Source: Cyanobacteria bacterium P01_A01_bin.123
GTDB taxonomy: Bacteria > Cyanobacteriota > Cyanobacteriia > Phormidesmidales > Phormidesmidaceae
Direction of reading: 5' to 3'
Assembly: GCA_039815185.1 (NCBI GenBank)
Contig: JBCBZT010000028.1
Span: 39,650-103,649, forward strand
Length of the DNA stretch: 64,000 nt
The stretch's first letter is position 1; each line of letters starts with the position of its first letter. A program made the translations under genes and the position numbers. This document shows positions 61,003 to 64,000 of the stretch, piece by piece. The notes under the pieces are model-generated. The model saw only the letters and a list, made by a program, of their open reading frames with translations, had not been told where the DNA came from and ran no database searches.

Positions 61003-61794
61003 ATGCTTCCCCCCTTAACCCCTACTGAAGTCGAACGCTACCGCCGCCAGATGATGCTGCCGGGCCTGGGCGAAACCGGACAGCGCCAGTTGAAAAATAC
61101 TACGGCTTTAGTAACAGGGGTGGGTGGATTAGGCGGCACCGCTGCCCTTTATCTAGCAGTGGCAGGGGTCGGCAAGCTGATTCTGGTACGGGGTGGCAAC
61201 CTACAGCGAGACGACCTAAATCGGCAGGTCTTGATGACCGATGACTGGGTCGGGAAACCTCGGGTCTTCAAAGCCCAGGAAACCCTGGCCAAGCTCAACC
61301 CTGACATCGAGATCGAGGCTGTCTGTGAATACGTCGATGTCGACAACATTGAGCCGTTAGTCCAGCAAGCCGACATTGCCCTCGACTGCGCCTTTGACTT
61401 CAAAGAGCGGGACTTGCTAAACACCGCTTGTGTGCGTTGGAGCAAGCCCATGGTGGAGGCTGCCATGAACAGCATGGAAGCCTATCTCACCACCATTGTG
61501 CCAGGGAAGACGCCCTGTCTGACCTGCCTCTTCCCTGAAAAACCGGAGTGGGATCGCTGGGGTTTCGGGGTACTGGGCGCTGTGTCGGGGACGCTAGCCT
61601 GCCTCGCTGCTTTAGAAGCGATCAAGCTAATTACAGGGTTAGGGGAACCCCTACAGGGACAGCTACTAACCATGGATTTAGCTCGCGCCGAATTTGCTAA
61701 ACGTCGCTCTTACCACGACCCCAACTGTCCCGTATGTGGCCCAATTACCCGGAATCATTTGGCTGCAAATTTGGCTGTTGCAATCGTCCCTTGA
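61003..61794 (+). CDS. hesA: HesA (ThiF/MoeB family)
   Basis: ERYRRQM, GVGGLG, DLNRQ, CLTC, CPVC; canonical position after nifW. Confidence 0.93.
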   Translation: MLPPLTPTEVERYRRQMMLPGLGETGQRQLKNTTALVTGVGGLGGTAALYLAVAGVGKLILVRGGNLQRDDLNRQVLMTDDWVGKPRVFKAQETLAKLNPDIEIEAVCEYVDVDNIEPLVQQADIALDCAFDFKERDLLNTACVRWSKPMVEAAMNSMEAYLTTIVPGKTPCLTCLFPEKPEWDRWGFGVLGAVSGTLACLAALEAIKLITGLGEPLQGQLLTMDLARAEFAKRRSYHDPNCPVCGPITRNHLAANLAVAIVP

Positions 61795-61889
61795 GTCGGT
61801 TTTCCGAGCATTGCCTCCTAAGGCCTAGCCCTTTTGGGGCAGCTACGCCGACCATCGCTCCCCTTCTCTGCTGAGTTCTGCTCCGACCT

Positions 61890-62105
61890 ATGCCCTGGAC
61901 TGCTGCGATTTTCCTTAGCCTGACACTCGTCTCTTGGCGATTCACTCAAACCCACCGCAATGATGTTGGTCGATTTTTGGGAAACCTTTCTGCCGTGGCC
62001 TGCCTAATCGTGGGTTTAGCCACCTCTCCAATCCTGCTCAAAAGCCTCATTCTCATCGGGGTAGTGCTTAAACCCGCGATTTCTTACAACCCAAGCCTTG
62101 ACTGA
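61890..62105 (+). CDS. small hydrophobic hypothetical protein
   Basis: 71-aa ORF with 2-3 hydrophobic stretches, co-oriented between hesA and hesB. Confidence 0.5.
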   Translation: MPWTAAIFLSLTLVSWRFTQTHRNDVGRFLGNLSAVACLIVGLATSPILLKSLILIGVVLKPAISYNPSLD

Positions 62106-62175
62106 AATCTACCAGCTGTATCTCCCCTGTCTGTTCCCCCTATCCACTCACCCTCAAAGCTAAAAGGAGCCCCCC

Positions 62176-62541
62176 ATGACTGTCACCCTTACCGAAGTTG
62201 CCGAACTCCGCCTGCGGACCTTTGTGCGCGGCACTCCTGATTACACCCCAACCCGAGGTGTTCGTCTTGCCGTTAAAGACGGGGGCTGTAATGGCTATGA
62301 ATACGACATCAAGATTGCGAATGCCCCCAACCCCGATGATGAAGTCACCGAAGCAGGGAGCCTCAAAGTCTTTGTCGATCCTCAAAGTGCCCCCCTGCTA
62401 GATGGCATTGTTGTGGACTACATCGACAGTCTGTTAGAAAGCGGCTTCAAATTCACCAACCCCAACGCCACCGACACCTGCGGCTGCGGCAAGTCATTCC
62501 AGGCAGGAGACTGCACGCCGGAAGCAGTGCCTTGTTCGTAG
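62176..62541 (+). CDS. hesB: HesB/IscA Fe-S carrier
   Basis: [22 protein letters not shown]. Confidence 0.93.
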   Translation: MTVTLTEVAELRLRTFVRGTPDYTPTRGVRLAVKDGGCNGYEYDIKIANAPNPDDEVTEAGSLKVFVDPQSAPLLDGIVVDYIDSLLESGFKFTNPNATDTCGCGKSFQAGDCTPEAVPCS

Positions 62542-62572
62542 TCAGGCGTTTACACATCAAAGGAGAAAAACC

Positions 62573-62872
62573 ATGACCACCTACCAAGTTCGCCTAATCA
62601 ACAAGAAGCGTAAGATTGACGTCACCATTCCCGTTGAAGATGACATGTACATCATTGATGCGGCAGAAGAACAAGACATTGAGCTGCCCTTTTCCTGCCG
62701 CTCTGGTGCCTGTTCTAGCTGTGTTGGCAAGATGGTAGAAGGAGAAGTTGATCAAGAAGATCAGTCTTTTCTAGATGACGATCAAATCGCCAAAGGGTTT
62801 GCATTATTGTGTGTTGCCTATCCCCGGTCAGACTGCACGATTAAGACCCACATGGAAGCGTACTTAGTTTAA
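62573..62872 (+). CDS. fdxH: nitrogen-fixation 2Fe-2S ferredoxin FdxH
   Basis: [29 protein letters not shown]; after hesB. Confidence 0.92.
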   Translation: MTTYQVRLINKKRKIDVTIPVEDDMYIIDAAEEQDIELPFSCRSGACSSCVGKMVEGEVDQEDQSFLDDDQIAKGFALLCVAYPRSDCTIKTHMEAYLV

Positions 62873-62900
62873 TCAGCATCTAGAGAAGTAGGGATTGTTT

Positions 62901-63143
62901 ATGTTTACGAGCTTTACGGTATCTGGATCTTCACTCAAGCTACTCAAGGTTGGTGAACGCGGTGTCATTGCCAGGGTTAAAGGCGTTAACTCATCGGTTG
63001 CCCAAACACTAGCAAGTATGGGACTGGCTCCGGGTACCTCCATTACCTTAGAGCAGCGATTTCCCCGCTTTGTTGTGCGTACCCATAAAGGCCCATTGGC
63101 GTTAACCCAATCGATGATTCAGTCCATTTATGTGCGCACCTGA
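62901..63143 (+). CDS. feoA: FeoA family protein
   Basis: L..LKVGERGVI...LASMGLAPGT.I...RFP...ALT....IYV. Confidence 0.85.
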   Translation: MFTSFTVSGSSLKLLKVGERGVIARVKGVNSSVAQTLASMGLAPGTSITLEQRFPRFVVRTHKGPLALTQSMIQSIYVRT

Positions 63144-63290
63144 GTATCAGCTGTAACGAGTACCTAACCGTGGTGATTTTTATATTGAGAGGGATTCACC
63201 ACAAACGATGTAACCAGTGTTTGACCTTTGATAGGTCAGTCTTGAACTCCCCCAGTTTCTAAAAATCTTGCAATTACAGGAGTCAGAAAA

Positions 63291-63821
63291 ATGGCGAAGA
63301 TTGGAATTTTCTACGGTAGCACATCGGGTGTTACAGAAGAAATTGCAGAGAAAATCCGCGAAGAAATTGGAGAAGATGCCTGTGATTTGTACAGCATGGA
63401 GGAAGACTTTGATGATGTTGATGATTTATTGAAATATGACTATTTGCTCCTTGGTTGCTCAACTTGGGGAGCGGGGGAAGTCCAGAACGATTGGCGTGAA
63501 CCGCTGTTTGATATGGAAGTCGACAAACCAGATTTCTCTGGGAAAACGATTGCGCTTTTTGGGCCAGGAGATTGCCAAGGTCATAGCAAGCATTTTGTTG
63601 GTGCATTAGGTATTCTGTATGACCAATTCAAGGCCCTGGGCGCAAAGATTGTGGGGGCTGTTTCAACGGAAGGCTATTCCTTTGAAAAGTCCACGGCAAT
63701 TCGGGAGGGGCAATTTGTCGGGTTACCCCTTGATGAAGTGAACGAAAGTGATAAAACCGATCAACGCATTATCGATTGGTTAGAGTCACTCAAACCTGAC
63801 TTTCCGGCATTTGCCTCTTAA
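63291..63821 (+). CDS. long-chain flavodoxin
   Basis: IFYGSTSGVT, GCSTWGAGE, GD, FVGLPLDE.NE..KTDQRI..W; RBS AGGAG. Confidence 0.93.
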   Translation: MAKIGIFYGSTSGVTEEIAEKIREEIGEDACDLYSMEEDFDDVDDLLKYDYLLLGCSTWGAGEVQNDWREPLFDMEVDKPDFSGKTIALFGPGDCQGHSKHFVGALGILYDQFKALGAKIVGAVSTEGYSFEKSTAIREGQFVGLPLDEVNESDKTDQRIIDWLESLKPDFPAFAS

Positions 63822-64000
63822 ACCGCGTCCAGCTCAGGATCTGGAGTTTCCCTACAGGCAAAGTCCAATTTTGGATCTGGCAAGGGCGAGTAGGCGGGGG
63901 CGGTTTGGAAAACCCGAAAGCCACGAAACACGTTTAAAAAGAGGTGACCGCCGTAGTAAAAATTGTAAAGATTTGGGTCGAGTGCAAAAAAAACCCCCCC

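Overview
Cyanobacterial chromosomal DNA (frequent HIP1 GCGATCGC octamers, split DnaE intein, cnfR/patB). It is probably a non-heterocystous diazotroph; this is inferred from the uninterrupted nifD/fdxN, the fused nifEN and cnfR lying next to the nif genes. 0.6-5.8 kb: both halves of the trans-spliced DNA polymerase III alpha gene (dnaE-n, dnaE-c) lie co-oriented only about 1.2 kb apart, with a PD-(D/E)xK-like gene and a Tdi1/DUF1851-like gene between them. 7-13 kb: a Rieske/PaO oxygenase, a Uma2 gene and a decaying cobalamin-riboswitch cobalt operon (truncated hupE/ureJ, DUF1636, cobW, cbiN, a membrane protein, a cbiO fragment). 13-28 kb: ABA4-like protein, orphan antitoxin with a toxin remnant, peptide ABC genes, peptidases, a methyltransferase-desaturase pair followed by two long palindromes, a CHASE2 two-component pair and a pseudo-receiver regulator. 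28-64 kb: a large nitrogen-fixation island. It holds cnfR; a divergent accessory cluster of mostly unknown genes (ArsC/NifO-like, NafY-like, ferredoxin, ankyrin, nitroreductase); a leftward arm (nifP-dps-nifV-nifT-ferredoxin-GGCT-cupin-selO); a mirror-symmetric TGAGTAC regulatory region; and nifB-fdxN-nifSUHDK-nifZ-nifEN-nifX-nifW-hesA-hesB-fdxH-feoA-flavodoxin. No rRNA, tRNA, CRISPR array or intact transposase was seen. All product calls come from motif recognition by eye, not database searches.
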